From an uncultured Clostridia bacterium (GTDB lineage: Bacteria > Bacillota > Clostridia > Oscillospirales > CAG-272), in contig CANQMS010000007.1 in NCBI GenBank assembly GCA_947624995.1, forward strand, positions 787 through 64,786: a DNA stretch of 64,000 bases, given 5' to 3'. Under the pieces are notes generated by a model that worked only from the letters and a program-made list of their open reading frames with translations, had not been told where the DNA came from and did not search any database. Each line of letters starts with the position of its first letter. The first letter of the stretch is position 1. Below are positions 8,984-19,131 of this stretch, piece after piece. Position numbers and translations under genes: made by a program.

Positions 8984-9559
8984 ATGCTTTCTCTTGAACG
9001 CAGAATAATGTCCGAGGGTACCGTTGCAAAGGGGGACGTACTGCGCGTTGACCGATTTCTCAACCACATGGTCGACGTTCGGTTCCTTTCCGAGATCGGG
9101 CGCGAATTTCACAGGATTTTTTCAGACTGCGGAGTCAACAAGATTTTGACGGCGGAGGCATCCGGCATCGCCATTGCTTGTATGACTGCGCAGTTTTTCG
9201 ATTGTCCCGTCGTGTTCGCGAAAAAATCGCGGACATCGAACATTTCCGGCTCCGTCTATTCCGCGTCGGCACATTCATATACGCACGGAAACGACAACAC
9301 GCTGACCGTCTCCCGCGACTACATCTCCCCGGATGACACCCTGCTCATCATCGACGACTTTCTCGCTCACGGCGCGGCGCTCGGCGCGCTGCTCGACATC
9401 GTGTCCCAGTCCGGCGCGGCGCTCGTCGGCTGCGGCATCGTCATCGAGAAGGCGTATCAGGGCGGCGGCGACGCGATCCGCGCCCGCGGCATCCGCGTCG
9501 AATCGCTCGCAAAGATAGAGTCCATGAGCGATGACGGGGAAATCGTCTTCGCCCGCTGA
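8984..9559 (+). CDS. xpt: Xanthine phosphoribosyltransferase
   Basis: Aligns along its length to the Xpt pattern (L..RI..EG.V..G.VL.VD.FLNH..D...L..IG.EF...F....VNKILT.E.SGIA.A...A........VFA.K). PRPP loop LIIDDFLAHGAA. RBS GAGGTG 7 nt upstream. Confidence 0.88.
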   Translation: MLSLERRIMSEGTVAKGDVLRVDRFLNHMVDVRFLSEIGREFHRIFSDCGVNKILTAEASGIAIACMTAQFFDCPVVFAKKSRTSNISGSVYSASAHSYTHGNDNTLTVSRDYISPDDTLLIIDDFLAHGAALGALLDIVSQSGAALVGCGIVIEKAYQGGGDAIRARGIRVESLAKIESMSDDGEIVFAR

Positions 9560-9635
9560 CGGCGGGCGGTCCTTTTTCGGCGTCACAAGGCAAGTCTGCC
9601 TTTTGACCATATAAAAAATTCGGAGGAAAAAGAAA

Positions 9636-10964
9636 ATGTTAAAGAAGTTTATCGCGCTCGCGCTCGCTTCCGTCTTCGCCCTCTCAGCGCTCGTCGCCTG
9701 CGACAGCGGCTCGGGCACCGAGGCTTTCGGCACGAGCGGAACAAAGGACCTCTGCGAGTCAGGCGTCGTCTCGACGGTCGCCGCCGACGTCAAGGAAGGC
9801 ACGAAGACCGAGCTCAAGATCGGCGTCGTCCTCATCGGCGACAACACCGAGACGTACTCGAAGGCGCACATCGACGGCATCAGGACCGCGTGCCAGAACC
9901 TCGGCATAGACCCCGACGATTCCGCAAAGGTCGTCTGGAAGATGACCGTCGGTGAAGACGCCGCGTGCGCAACGGCGCTCGACGATCTCGTCGCCCAGGG
10001 CTGCAACCTCATCATCACGAATTCGTACGGTCACCAGACGTTCACTCAGGCTGCCGCCGAAAAGTACAAGGATAAGGACATCCAGTTCATCGCCATGACG
10101 GGCGACACCGCCGCGTCATCGGGTCTCTCCAACCTCTCGAACGCGTTCACCGAAGTATATCAGGCGCGCTACGTATCGGGCGTCGTCGCCGGGATGAAGC
10201 TCAAGGAGCTCGTCGACGGCGGCAAGCTCACCGACAAGAACAAGGACGAAAACGGCAACATCAAGCTCGGCTACGTCGGCGCTTATCCGTTCGCCGAGGT
10301 CGTTTCCGGCTACACGGCGTTCTATCTCGGCGTCAAGTCGGTCGTTGACAATGTCGTCATGAACGTCTCCTACACCTCGTCCTGGCACGACAGCGAGAAG
10401 GAGGCAGAGGCGGCAAGGACCTTCATCAGCGACGGCTGCGTCATTATCAGCCAGCACGCAGACTCCGAGGGCGCTCCGATGGCAGTCCAGAAGGCGCACG
10501 ACGAGGGCACGGAGGTCTACTCCGTCAGCTACAACGTCGACCTCACCGGCATCGGCGACGCGATCCTCACCTCCGCCACGAACAACTGGGCGGTCTACTA
10601 TGAGTACGCGATTAAGACCGCTATGAACGGCGGCAAGATCGCCCGCAACTGGATCGGCGGCTACGAGCAGGATGCCGTTAAGATCACGAAGCTCGGCGAA
10701 AACGTCGCTGCGGGCACCGAGGAAAAGGTGAACGCGGTCATCGCAGACATCAAGTCCGGCAAGCTCCACGTGTTCGACACCTCGAAGTTCACGGTCGGCG
10801 GCAAGACGGTCACATGGGCATTCGCGACGGACAGCGACGGCGACTTCACATATGACAAGAACAACGTCATCTCCGACGGCTACTATCACGAGTCCTACAC
10901 GCAGAGCGCGCCTTCGTTCACGCTCCGCATAGACGGCATCACCGAGCTCAACACCGGCAACTGA
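9636..10964 (+). CDS. BMP-family (PnrA/NupN-like) nucleoside-binding lipoprotein of an ABC importer
   Basis: Lipoprotein signal with lipobox LVAC. Basic-membrane-protein family features. Followed by a duplicated-ATPase subunit and two permeases. Confidence 0.8.
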   Translation: MLKKFIALALASVFALSALVACDSGSGTEAFGTSGTKDLCESGVVSTVAADVKEGTKTELKIGVVLIGDNTETYSKAHIDGIRTACQNLGIDPDDSAKVVWKMTVGEDAACATALDDLVAQGCNLIITNSYGHQTFTQAAAEKYKDKDIQFIAMTGDTAASSGLSNLSNAFTEVYQARYVSGVVAGMKLKELVDGGKLTDKNKDENGNIKLGYVGAYPFAEVVSGYTAFYLGVKSVVDNVVMNVSYTSSWHDSEKEAEAARTFISDGCVIISQHADSEGAPMAVQKAHDEGTEVYSVSYNVDLTGIGDAILTSATNNWAVYYEYAIKTAMNGGKIARNWIGGYEQDAVKITKLGENVAAGTEEKVNAVIADIKSGKLHVFDTSKFTVGGKTVTWAFATDSDGDFTYDKNNVISDGYYHESYTQSAPSFTLRIDGITELNTGN

Positions 10965-10988
10965 TAAAGAATAACCAAAAGGGCGCAT

Positions 10989-11028
10989 AGGGGAAATCGA
11001 GAATACCCGGTTTCCCCTTGCTCTTTTA
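10989..11028 (+). terminator. Intra-operon hairpin (partial terminator/stabiliser) after the binding-protein gene
   Basis: aggggaaa (10989-96) pairs with tttcccct (11011-18), followed by a T-rich tail. This is typical of differential expression of the binding-protein gene versus the membrane components. Confidence 0.4.
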
Positions 11029-11054
11029 CATCACACGTTCGTAGGGAGAAAAAC

Positions 11055-12662
11055 GTGAAAGACGAAATCGCAGTACAGCTCACCGGCATAACAAAGCGCT
11101 TCGGACCCGTGACGGCGAACAGCGCCGTCACGATGGACGTGCGGCGCGGCGAGGTGCTGGCGCTCCTCGGCGAGAACGGCTCCGGCAAGACGACGCTCAT
11201 GAACATGCTCTCTGGGATATATTTTCCGGACGAGGGCACGATCGAGATAAACGGCACGCCTGCCTCCATCCGCTCGCCAAAGGACGCGTTCGACCTCGGC
11301 ATCGGCATGATACATCAGCACTTCAAGCTCGTCGACGTCTTTACAGCCGCAGAGAACATCATCCTCGGTCTTCCCGGAAAATCGCGGCTGAACATGCGCG
11401 CGGTGAAGGAAAAGATACGCGGGATATGCGAAAAATACGGCTTCGAGGTCGACCCGGACAGAAAGGTCTATAACATGAGCGTCAGCGAGAAGCAGACGCT
11501 CGAGATAGTCAAGGTCCTCTACCGTGGCGCCGACATACTCATCCTCGACGAGCCGACCGCGGTCCTCACCCCGCAGGAAACGGAGCGCCTCTTCGGCGTC
11601 ATCCGCAACATGCGGGCGGACGGCAAGTCCGTCATCATCATAACGCACAAGCTGCACGAGGTCATGGAAATTTCCGACCGCGTCGCGATCCTGCGCCGCG
11701 GCAAGTACATAACGACGCTCGAAACGAAGGACGCGGACGAGCGTTCCCTCGCGGAGGCGATGGTAGGCGAAAAGCTCGCCCTCAATATCGACCGCTCCGA
11801 GCCGAAGAACACTACCCTGCGCCTCGAGGTAAAGCACCTTTCGTGTTATAACGCCGAGGGGATCCCGACGCTTTCGGGCGTATCGTTTGACGCGTACGGC
11901 GGCGAGATACTCGGCATCGCGGGCATTTCCGGCTGCGGACAGAAGGAGCTGCTCGAATCCATCGCCGGGCTCCAGCAGACGCGCCCGGGCAGCAGCGTCC
12001 TCTACTACCCCGACGGCGGGGAGGCGGAGGAGCTGATCGGCAAATCTCCGCGCGAGATCCGCGGGCTCGGCGTCGCGCTCTCCTTTGTCCCGGAGGACAG
12101 GCTCGGCATGGGTCTTGTCGGCTCGATGGGCATGACGGACAACATGATGCTGAAGAGCTACGACATGGGCGCGCCCGTGTTCCTGCACAAGAAGGACCCG
12201 TCAGCCCTCGCGGGCGCCGTTCGCGACGACCTCGGAGTCGTCACCCCTTCCCTCTCGACGCCGGTGCGCCGCCTCTCCGGCGGCAACGTGCAGAAGGTGC
12301 TCGTCGGGCGCGAGATATCGGAGGCGCCGACCGTGCTTTTGACGGCGTATGCCGTCCGCGGGCTCGACATCAACACCTCGTACTCAATTTACAGGCTCTT
12401 AAACGAGCAGAAGGAAAAGGGCGTCGCCGTCATATACGTCGGCGAGGACATCGACGTCCTGCTCGAGCTCTGCGACAGGATTCTCATCCTCTGCGGCGGC
12501 GTCGTCTCCGGCATCGTCGACGCAAAGTCGACGAGCAAAGAGGAGATCGGACTGTATATGACAAAAGTCGGCGGACCGTCCGATACGGATAAAAGCGCCG
12601 GCGACTATACAGACGGCAATGAAGAGAATGACGGAAATAAGGGAAAGGAGGACGGCAGATGA
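11055..12662 (+). CDS. ABC transporter ATP-binding protein (tandem ATPase domains, sugar/nucleoside type)
   Basis: GTG start. First Walker A GENGSGKTT with LSVSEKQ signature; second domain has LSGGNVQK. Confidence 0.88.
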   Translation: MKDEIAVQLTGITKRFGPVTANSAVTMDVRRGEVLALLGENGSGKTTLMNMLSGIYFPDEGTIEINGTPASIRSPKDAFDLGIGMIHQHFKLVDVFTAAENIILGLPGKSRLNMRAVKEKIRGICEKYGFEVDPDRKVYNMSVSEKQTLEIVKVLYRGADILILDEPTAVLTPQETERLFGVIRNMRADGKSVIIITHKLHEVMEISDRVAILRRGKYITTLETKDADERSLAEAMVGEKLALNIDRSEPKNTTLRLEVKHLSCYNAEGIPTLSGVSFDAYGGEILGIAGISGCGQKELLESIAGLQQTRPGSSVLYYPDGGEAEELIGKSPREIRGLGVALSFVPEDRLGMGLVGSMGMTDNMMLKSYDMGAPVFLHKKDPSALAGAVRDDLGVVTPSLSTPVRRLSGGNVQKVLVGREISEAPTVLLTAYAVRGLDINTSYSIYRLLNEQKEKGVAVIYVGEDIDVLLELCDRILILCGGVVSGIVDAKSTSKEEIGLYMTKVGGPSDTDKSAGDYTDGNEENDGNKGKEDGR

Positions 12663-13774
12663 AAGATGCAAAAGAATCGGCAAGATCCGGGGCGCCGCGC
12701 GAGCCCCTGATGCGCCTCGTCCGGCGGGACACGGTCAAGCCGGCGCGCGCCGTCGCCGTCCGCGCGGCAGCGATCGTGCTGTCCCTTCTCGTCTGCGGCG
12801 TTTTCTTCGTCACAGTGACTGATTCTTCGATTATAGAGATATATTCGGCTATGATCTCCGGCACCTTCCGCAACGGCATAACGGTCAACACGTTTCTGAA
12901 AGAGGCGTGCATGCTGCTCATCATCGCGGTAGGTCTCGCTCCGGCGTTCAAGATGAGTTTCTGGAACGTGGGCGGTCAGGGTCAGGTGCTCGCCGGCGGA
13001 ATGGCGGCGGCGATGTGGCTCTTCTATTTCGGCAACGATCTGCCGAACGCGGTCCTCTTGCCGCTGATGATCGTCAGTGCCGCCGTCGGAGGCGGCGTCT
13101 GGGCGCTGCTGCCCGCGATCTTCCGCGTGAAGTTCACAACGAACGAAACGCTCTTTACCCTGATGATGAACTACATAGCGATCCAGCTCGTCAAATATCT
13201 GCGGATCACATGGAGCCCGATACACGCGCTCGGGATGATAACGCGCAAGGCGGGATCGCTCCCATCCCTTTTCGGCAACGAGAACGGCTGGATCTACGTG
13301 ATCGCCGCCGCGGCTGTCGTGCTCATGTACGTATACATGAACAAGACGAAGCACGGGTACGAGATCTCCGTCGTCGGCGAGGCGCCGAACACGGCGCGCT
13401 ACGCCGGGATCAGCGAATTCAGAGTCATCGTCCGCACGGCTTTCATCTCCGGCGCGATATGCGGCATCGCGGGGTTCCTCTACGTCTCGGCGATAGATCA
13501 CACGATATCCGAGACGATGGGCGGCGGCTACGGCTTCACCGCGGTCATCGTCGCGTGGCTCGCGAAATTCAATCCGATATTCATGACGCTGTTCTCGCTG
13601 CTCATCTCGTTCGTCCGCTCGGGCTCGAGCGAGATCGTCAGCATGAACACGACGACGCTCGACTCCTCGATCGCGAACATCAACATCGGCATCTTCCTGT
13701 TCTTCCTGCTCGGGTGCGAGTTTTTCCTCAATTATAAGATCATATTCCGCGGCAGAGGGGAGGTGGGCAAATGA
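12659..13774 (+). CDS. ABC transporter permease
   Basis: ATGA overlap with the ATPase gene. Multi-pass hydrophobic protein of the branched-chain/sugar permease type. Confidence 0.82.
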   Translation: MKDAKESARSGAPREPLMRLVRRDTVKPARAVAVRAAAIVLSLLVCGVFFVTVTDSSIIEIYSAMISGTFRNGITVNTFLKEACMLLIIAVGLAPAFKMSFWNVGGQGQVLAGGMAAAMWLFYFGNDLPNAVLLPLMIVSAAVGGGVWALLPAIFRVKFTTNETLFTLMMNYIAIQLVKYLRITWSPIHALGMITRKAGSLPSLFGNENGWIYVIAAAAVVLMYVYMNKTKHGYEISVVGEAPNTARYAGISEFRVIVRTAFISGAICGIAGFLYVSAIDHTISETMGGGYGFTAVIVAWLAKFNPIFMTLFSLLISFVRSGSSEIVSMNTTTLDSSIANINIGIFLFFLLGCEFFLNYKIIFRGRGEVGK

Positions 13775-14769
13775 GTCCTCTTATAAGCTGGCTTCACAGC
13801 TCGATAATCTACGGCACGGTCATAATGCTCGGCGCGCTCGGCGAGATTTTGACCGAGAAGAGCGGTCACCTCAACCTCGGCGTCCCGGGGCTGATGTATC
13901 TCGGCGGCTTTGCCGGGTTCGCGTCCGCCTTCGTGTACGAGCGATCGACCGAGGACCCGAACGTTGTTCTGCTCATCCTCATCCCGCTGCTCGCGTCTTT
14001 CGCCGCGGCGATGCTCGGGGGGCTCCTTTACAGCTTTATGACTGTGACGCTCCGCGCCAATCAGAACGTCACCGGTCTTGCGCTGACGTCTCTCGGCGTC
14101 GGCATCGGCACGTTCGGCAGCGCGCGCCTTCTCAGCGTGACGGGCAGCACGAGCTATTCCGTCGCCTCGGCGACGAGCGCCGTCTATACGGCGAACGTCA
14201 ACGCATCGCTCGACCTCGGTGCGTTCGGGCAGATATTCCTCTCATACGGATTTCTGACTTATGCCGCGATCCTGCTCGCGATACTGGCAGAGCTCTTTCT
14301 GATGCGCACGCGCCGCGGGCTGAATCTGCGCGCCGTCGGCGAGGACCCCGCCGCCGCGGACGCCGCCGGGATCAACGTAACGCTCTACAAATACGTCGCC
14401 ACCGCCATCGGCGGCGGCATATGCGGGATCGGCGGATTTTACTACATCATCGAATACAGCAACGGAAAATGGTCGTCGCAGAACGGGCTCGAGGCGATCG
14501 GATGGCTCGCCGTCGCGCTCGTCATCTTCTCGACGTGGAAGCCGAAAAACACGCCTGCGGCGTCGTATCTCTTCGCCCTCCTCTTCTGGATGGCGACGAA
14601 CCTGCCGACGCTGACGGGGATCCGCATCGCAACGTCCGTGACGGAGCTTTTGAAAATGACGCCGTACGTCGTCACGATACTCGTGCTCATAATCGCGAGC
14701 ACGCGGAAAAAGAAAGAAAACCAAGGTCCCGCCTCGCTCGGAAAAACGTATTTCCGCGAGGAGAGGTAA
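13771..14769 (+). CDS. ABC transporter permease
   Basis: ATGA overlap with the previous permease gene. Multi-pass membrane protein. Confidence 0.82.
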   Translation: MSPLISWLHSSIIYGTVIMLGALGEILTEKSGHLNLGVPGLMYLGGFAGFASAFVYERSTEDPNVVLLILIPLLASFAAAMLGGLLYSFMTVTLRANQNVTGLALTSLGVGIGTFGSARLLSVTGSTSYSVASATSAVYTANVNASLDLGAFGQIFLSYGFLTYAAILLAILAELFLMRTRRGLNLRAVGEDPAAADAAGINVTLYKYVATAIGGGICGIGGFYYIIEYSNGKWSSQNGLEAIGWLAVALVIFSTWKPKNTPAASYLFALLFWMATNLPTLTGIRIATSVTELLKMTPYVVTILVLIIASTRKKKENQGPASLGKTYFREER

Positions 14770-14770
14770 A

Positions 14771-14812
14771 AAATATACGGACCGGTGCGAAATCACCGGT
14801 CCGTATATTTTT
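14771..14812 (+). terminator. Rho-independent terminator of the xpt/nucleoside-ABC operon
   Basis: 17-bp stem aaatatacggaccggtg / caccggtccgtatattt followed by additional T residues. Confidence 0.85.
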
Positions 14813-14852
14813 CCCGCAAGATCCGGGGGTGCAAAGAGAGGGCGCCTGATGC

Positions 14853-14881
14853 TTGAATTCCCGGCGGCTTTGTGATATACT
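14853..14881 (+). promoter_or_regulatory. Candidate sigma-A promoter for rnz
   Basis: TTGAAT (14853-58), 17-nt spacer, TATACT (14876-81), with extended -10 TGA. Confidence 0.55.
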
Positions 14882-14926
14882 TTTGATGAAATACGGACAA
14901 ACTGTAATGTAGGTGGTGAACGAAAG

Positions 14927-15838
14927 ATGCTCGACGTAACGCTTTCGGGCTGCGGCGGGACGATCCCGCTCAAAAACAGGTGGCTGACCTCGTGCATGAT
15001 GAGGTACGAGGGCAAATGCCTGCTCATAGACTGCGGGGAGGGCACGCAGATAGCAATGAAGGAAGCGTCGCTCCCGTTCAAGCCGATCTCGGTCATCTGC
15101 ATCACGCATTATCACGCGGACCACATCGGCGGCTTGCCGGGACTGCTGCTCTCGATGGGCGGCGAGGGGCGCACGGAGCCCGTCACGGTAGTCGGTCCCG
15201 CGCATATAGAGCGGTATGTTCGCGCGCTTTTGACGATAGCGCCGGAGCTGCCGTACGAGGTGATCTGCCGCCCTGTAACCGAGCGGGAGGAGACTTTTTC
15301 GCTCGCCGGCTTCACGGTGACGGCGTTCCGCGTCAATCACACGCTGCCGACATACGGCTACACGGTAAAGATACCGCGCGTCGGCAGATTCGACCTCGAA
15401 CGCGCGCGTGCAAACAACATTCCCATGGCTGTCTGGAGCCCGCTTCAGAAGCGGGAGGTCGTCGAATATGACGGCGTCACATACACGCGCGACATGGTGC
15501 TCGGTCCCGACAGACGCGGGATCAAGGTCACGTACTGCACGGACACACGCCCCGTTCCCGTCATCGCCGAGCAGGCAAAGGACGCAGACCTCTTCATCTG
15601 CGAGGGGATGTACGGCGACGAGGACAAGCACGACAAGGCGGTCACCGCAAAGCACATGACATTTTCCGAGGCGGCAGCCCTTGCGAAGGCGGCAGAGCCG
15701 CGCCGCTTTTGGCTGACGCATTACAGCCCGTCCATGCCGGACCCCGAGGCTTACATCGGCGAGGCGCGGGCAATTTTCCCGGACGCTGTCCTCGGGTATG
15801 ACGGTCTGTCCGAAACGATACGGTTCGACGAAGAATGA
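14927..15838 (+). CDS. rnz: Ribonuclease Z (MBL-fold tRNA 3' endonuclease)
   Basis: MBL motif ITHYHADHIGGLPGLL. Length about 300 aa. N-terminal GCGG..P...R and the exosite-type insert are typical of the short RNase Z form. Confidence 0.82.
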   Translation: MLDVTLSGCGGTIPLKNRWLTSCMMRYEGKCLLIDCGEGTQIAMKEASLPFKPISVICITHYHADHIGGLPGLLLSMGGEGRTEPVTVVGPAHIERYVRALLTIAPELPYEVICRPVTEREETFSLAGFTVTAFRVNHTLPTYGYTVKIPRVGRFDLERARANNIPMAVWSPLQKREVVEYDGVTYTRDMVLGPDRRGIKVTYCTDTRPVPVIAEQAKDADLFICEGMYGDEDKHDKAVTAKHMTFSEAAALAKAAEPRRFWLTHYSPSMPDPEAYIGEARAIFPDAVLGYDGLSETIRFDEE

Positions 15839-15855
15839 ACGGAGGCAAAAAAATT

Positions 15856-16851
15856 ATGACAATAAAAAGGACAGCGGCTCTGCTGCTCGCACTGCTGCTC
15901 GCCTTCCCGGCGCTTTTCTCCTGCGCACGCGGAGGCAGCAGTGCCGAAAGCTCCGGCACCGCCGAAGGCTCCGGTCCCACAGCGGTTTCCGGAACGGACG
16001 AGGGGACAGACGCGCCGGAGACGGACACGCAGACGGATGCTCCCGGAACAGACGCGCCCGAAACGGACGACGTGATGGCGGAACCGAAAGTCGAAACGAT
16101 AAACATCGTCGCGCTCGGGGACTCGATCGCCGCCGGGTACGGGCTCGCCTCGCCGGAGGCGGAACGGTACTCCCACATTATAAAAGAGCGCATCGACGCA
16201 CGTGACGGATTTGAATGTGTTGAAACGAACCGCGGCGTCAACGGGCAGACGAGCAGCGGTCTTATCGAATCGTTCGCATCGCTCCCGGATTTCGGCGACG
16301 CAGACTGTGTGACAGTCAGCATCGGCGCGAACAATGTGCTCGGTCCTGCCGTTGATATGTTCGCGAAATACGGCACGGCGCTGCTCATCGAGGATGAAGA
16401 TCTGCGCGCGGCTGCGTTTGCCTCGGCGTATAAAGAATTCAATTCCGAAACGGCGGCGGGCATCGCGCGGTTTGAGGCGGACCTGCCCGAGATAATATCC
16501 GGGATAAAAGAGAAGGCGCCGGGGGCGAAGATAATATTCCAGACGATATACAATCCCTACAACAACGTCCCGCTGACGCTGACGCTCGGCGACGTTACAG
16601 TCGACCTCAACGCCGATTCGGACAGGCTCGTCTCGGCGCTCAACGAGATCATCGCGAAGAACGCGGGCGCGCTCGGCTACAGCGTCGCCGACGTTTACGC
16701 GGCGTTCGAGACGGAGACCGGCGTCGTCAACGCGGAAGGCGGCAGCCTCGCATCCGCGCCGCTCGCCCTCGACCCGCACCCGACCGCAAAGGGGCACGTT
16801 CTGATCGCAGACGTCATTCTGTCCGTGATAGACGGGGAGGCGGCAGGATGA
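15856..16851 (+). CDS. SGNH/GDSL hydrolase-family lipoprotein
   Basis: ATG 15856 sits behind GGAGG (15841-45). Signal with lipobox LFSC. Block I motif ALGDSIAAGYG and a C-terminal DPHP block. Confidence 0.75.
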   Translation: MTIKRTAALLLALLLAFPALFSCARGGSSAESSGTAEGSGPTAVSGTDEGTDAPETDTQTDAPGTDAPETDDVMAEPKVETINIVALGDSIAAGYGLASPEAERYSHIIKERIDARDGFECVETNRGVNGQTSSGLIESFASLPDFGDADCVTVSIGANNVLGPAVDMFAKYGTALLIEDEDLRAAAFASAYKEFNSETAAGIARFEADLPEIISGIKEKAPGAKIIFQTIYNPYNNVPLTLTLGDVTVDLNADSDRLVSALNEIIAKNAGALGYSVADVYAAFETETGVVNAEGGSLASAPLALDPHPTAKGHVLIADVILSVIDGEAAG

Positions 16852-17381
16852 ATATATGTCTTTTCGGCGCGTCGAGCGACGACATAAAAAAAGAATATCT
16901 TTCGGCGGCGCGCCGCTTCGGCGAGGAGCTCGCCGAGCGCGGGCATACGCTCTATTTCGGCGGCGGGGCGCACGGCGTCATGGGTGAGGCGGCGCGCGGC
17001 GCCGCCTCGCGCGGGGGCGCGCTCGTCGGCATCGCACCGAAATTCTTCGATACGGACGGCGTGCTGTTCCGCGGCTGCACCGACTTTATCTTCACCGAGA
17101 CGATGCGCGAGCGCAAGGCGCTGCTCGAGGACTCGGCGGACGCGTTCGCCGTTCTGCCCGGCGGCATCGGTACATACGAGGAGTTTTTCGAGGTCCTCGT
17201 GCTTTCTCAGCTCGGGCAGATGAAAAAGCCGATCGCGATATATAACGTCTGCGGCTGCTATGACGCGCTCCGCGCGCTGCTCGTCTCGACGGTCTCGGGC
17301 GGCTTCATGCGGGAAGAATGTCTCTCGCTCTGCCGCTTCTGCCAAAGCTCACGGGAAATATTCGACTGTTTTGAAAAATAA
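16848..17381 (+). CDS. LOG-family (TIGR00730) nucleotide phosphoribohydrolase-like protein
   Basis: PGGIGTYEEFFE matches the LOG motif PGGxGTxxE. GGG..G.MG is present near the N-terminus. ATGA overlap with the upstream gene. Confidence 0.8.
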   Translation: MNICLFGASSDDIKKEYLSAARRFGEELAERGHTLYFGGGAHGVMGEAARGAASRGGALVGIAPKFFDTDGVLFRGCTDFIFTETMRERKALLEDSADAFAVLPGGIGTYEEFFEVLVLSQLGQMKKPIAIYNVCGCYDALRALLVSTVSGGFMREECLSLCRFCQSSREIFDCFEK

Positions 17382-17386
17382 AAATC

Positions 17387-17425
17387 GGGAAGGGTCATGA
17401 AAACGACCCTTCCCTTGCCTTTTCG
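17387..17425 (+). terminator. Terminator hairpin after the LOG-family gene, overlapping the 3' end of convergent wecB
   Basis: gggaagggtc (17387-96) pairs with gacccttccc (17405-14), followed by a T-rich tract. Confidence 0.55.
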
Positions 17426-18510
17426 CATATTATGTCCGCGATCGCGGCGCACGCCCTCCCGTCTCCGAACGGGCTTTCGGCGCGCGCCATTTTTTCTCTC
17501 TCCCCGACATCGGAAAGCAGCTTCCGACACGCCGGGACGATCCCCTCCTCCTCGGTCCCGACGAGGCGGAGCGCCCCGGACGAGACGCCCTCCGGGCGCT
17601 CGGTCTTCTCCCGCATCACAAGCGCGGGGACGCCGAGCGCGGATGCCTCCTCTTGCACGCCGCCGCTGTCCGTCAGGACGAGATACGCGCGCGCGAGCAG
17701 ATTGTGAAAGTCGTATACGCCGAGAGGGTCTGTCAAAAGCACTCTTTCCTCGCCGCCGAATATTTCCCGTGCCGCGCCGCGCACAGCCGGGTTAGGATGC
17801 ACGGGGTAAACGAGCTTCACGTCGCCGAACTCGCGCACGGTGCTCCGCGCCGCGGAAAGCATCCGCCGCAGCGGCTCGCCGTGGTTTTCCCGCCGGTGCG
17901 CCGTCAGGAGCATCAGGCGACTGCCGCCGACCCACTTTGTGACCGTGCTTTCGTAATCGGGACGCACCGTCGCTGCGAGCGCGTCAACGACCGTGTTCCC
18001 CGTCACCCATACGCTCCCCTCCGGCACGCCCTCCGCGAGCAGATTTTCCCGCGCTTTCTCCGTCGGCGCGAAGTGGTATTTCGCGATCAAGGTCGCTGCG
18101 CGGCGGTTATATTCCTCGGGGAACGGGGAAAATATGTCGTGTGTGCGCAGCCCCGCCTCGACGTGCGCGACCGGAATGCGGTGATAAAAGCACGAAAGCG
18201 CCGCGGAAAAAGACGTCGTCGTGTCTCCGTGTACGAACGCGAGGTCCGGTCTGTATGACGCGAACAGTTCCTCCATCCCGGAAAGCACGCGCGCCGTTAT
18301 ACCGCCGAGCGTCTGCCCCGGGCGCATTATGCCGAGGTCGAAGTCCGGCACGGTGCCGAAGGCGTCCATCGCGTCCCGCAGGAGCTTTTCATGCTGACCC
18401 GTGACGCAAACGGAAACGTCAAAGCACCCCCGATTTTTAAACTCGTTTACGAGCGGGCACATCTTGATCGCCTCGGGTCTTGTGCCGAAAATAAATAAGA
18501 GCTTTTTCAA
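17395..18510 (-). CDS. wecB: UDP-N-acetylglucosamine 2-epimerase (non-hydrolysing)
   Basis: KKLLFIFGTRPEAIKMCPLV..., HVEAGLRT and DSGGVQEE motifs. I place the start at TTG 18510, behind GGAGGGGAG, because the track's upstream extension overlaps tadA. Confidence 0.87.
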   Translation of the reverse strand: MKKLLFIFGTRPEAIKMCPLVNEFKNRGCFDVSVCVTGQHEKLLRDAMDAFGTVPDFDLGIMRPGQTLGGITARVLSGMEELFASYRPDLAFVHGDTTTSFSAALSCFYHRIPVAHVEAGLRTHDIFSPFPEEYNRRAATLIAKYHFAPTEKARENLLAEGVPEGSVWVTGNTVVDALAATVRPDYESTVTKWVGGSRLMLLTAHRRENHGEPLRRMLSAARSTVREFGDVKLVYPVHPNPAVRGAAREIFGGEERVLLTDPLGVYDFHNLLARAYLVLTDSGGVQEEASALGVPALVMREKTERPEGVSSGALRLVGTEEEGIVPACRKLLSDVGEREKMARAESPFGDGRACAAIADIICEKAREGSFS

Positions 18511-19001
18511 TTTCCGCTCCCCTCCCGCCCGGCACGGCGCGCGGCAAAGAAACGGCGCAAAAGCTCCGAGCACCCATCCGCGAGCACACCGGATTCAACA
18601 TCCGGGCGCTTTCCGACCGGGTATGAGCACATGTTTATGACGCTGCCGAGCGCGCCCGCCGCCGGATCCTTCGCCCCGAAGACGACGCGGTCGACGCGCG
18701 CGTTTATTATCGCGCCGGCACACATCGGGCACGGCTCGAGCGTCACGTACAGGGTGCAGCCCGTGAGCCGCCAGCCGCCGAGCGCGCGGCACGCCGCGTC
18801 TATCGCCGCGATCTCCGCGTGGCAGAGCGCGTTTTTTTCCGCCTCGCGCGCATTTTTCCCGCGCGCGATCACCTCTCCCCTCTCTCCGCCGTCTCCATTG
18901 CGGACTATGACGCAGCCGACCGGGACCTCGCCCGCCTCTCCCGCCTCGCGGGCGAGGCGCAGCGCCTCCTCCATGTAAACCTTATCCTCAAAGGAGCTCA
19001 T
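18507..19001 (-). CDS. tadA: tRNA adenosine(34) deaminase TadA
   Basis: Deaminase zinc motifs CHAE and PCPMC. ATG 19001 has GGGAGGGA 6 nt upstream. Its stop overlaps the wecB start within TTGA. Confidence 0.87.
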   Translation of the reverse strand: MSSFEDKVYMEEALRLAREAGEAGEVPVGCVIVRNGDGGERGEVIARGKNAREAEKNALCHAEIAAIDAACRALGGWRLTGCTLYVTLEPCPMCAGAIINARVDRVVFGAKDPAAGALGSVINMCSYPVGKRPDVESGVLADGCSELLRRFFAARRAGREGSGN

Positions 19002-19131
19002 CGCGCATCCCTCCCGAGCTTTTCTCATTCATAATTATACACGCCGCCGCGCCCGAGTTCAAGTGCGAAAAAGCTCTGTTTTTGCAAACTTTCCGTCGGT
19101 CAAAAAAATTTGATATTTCTTCAGAATACTA

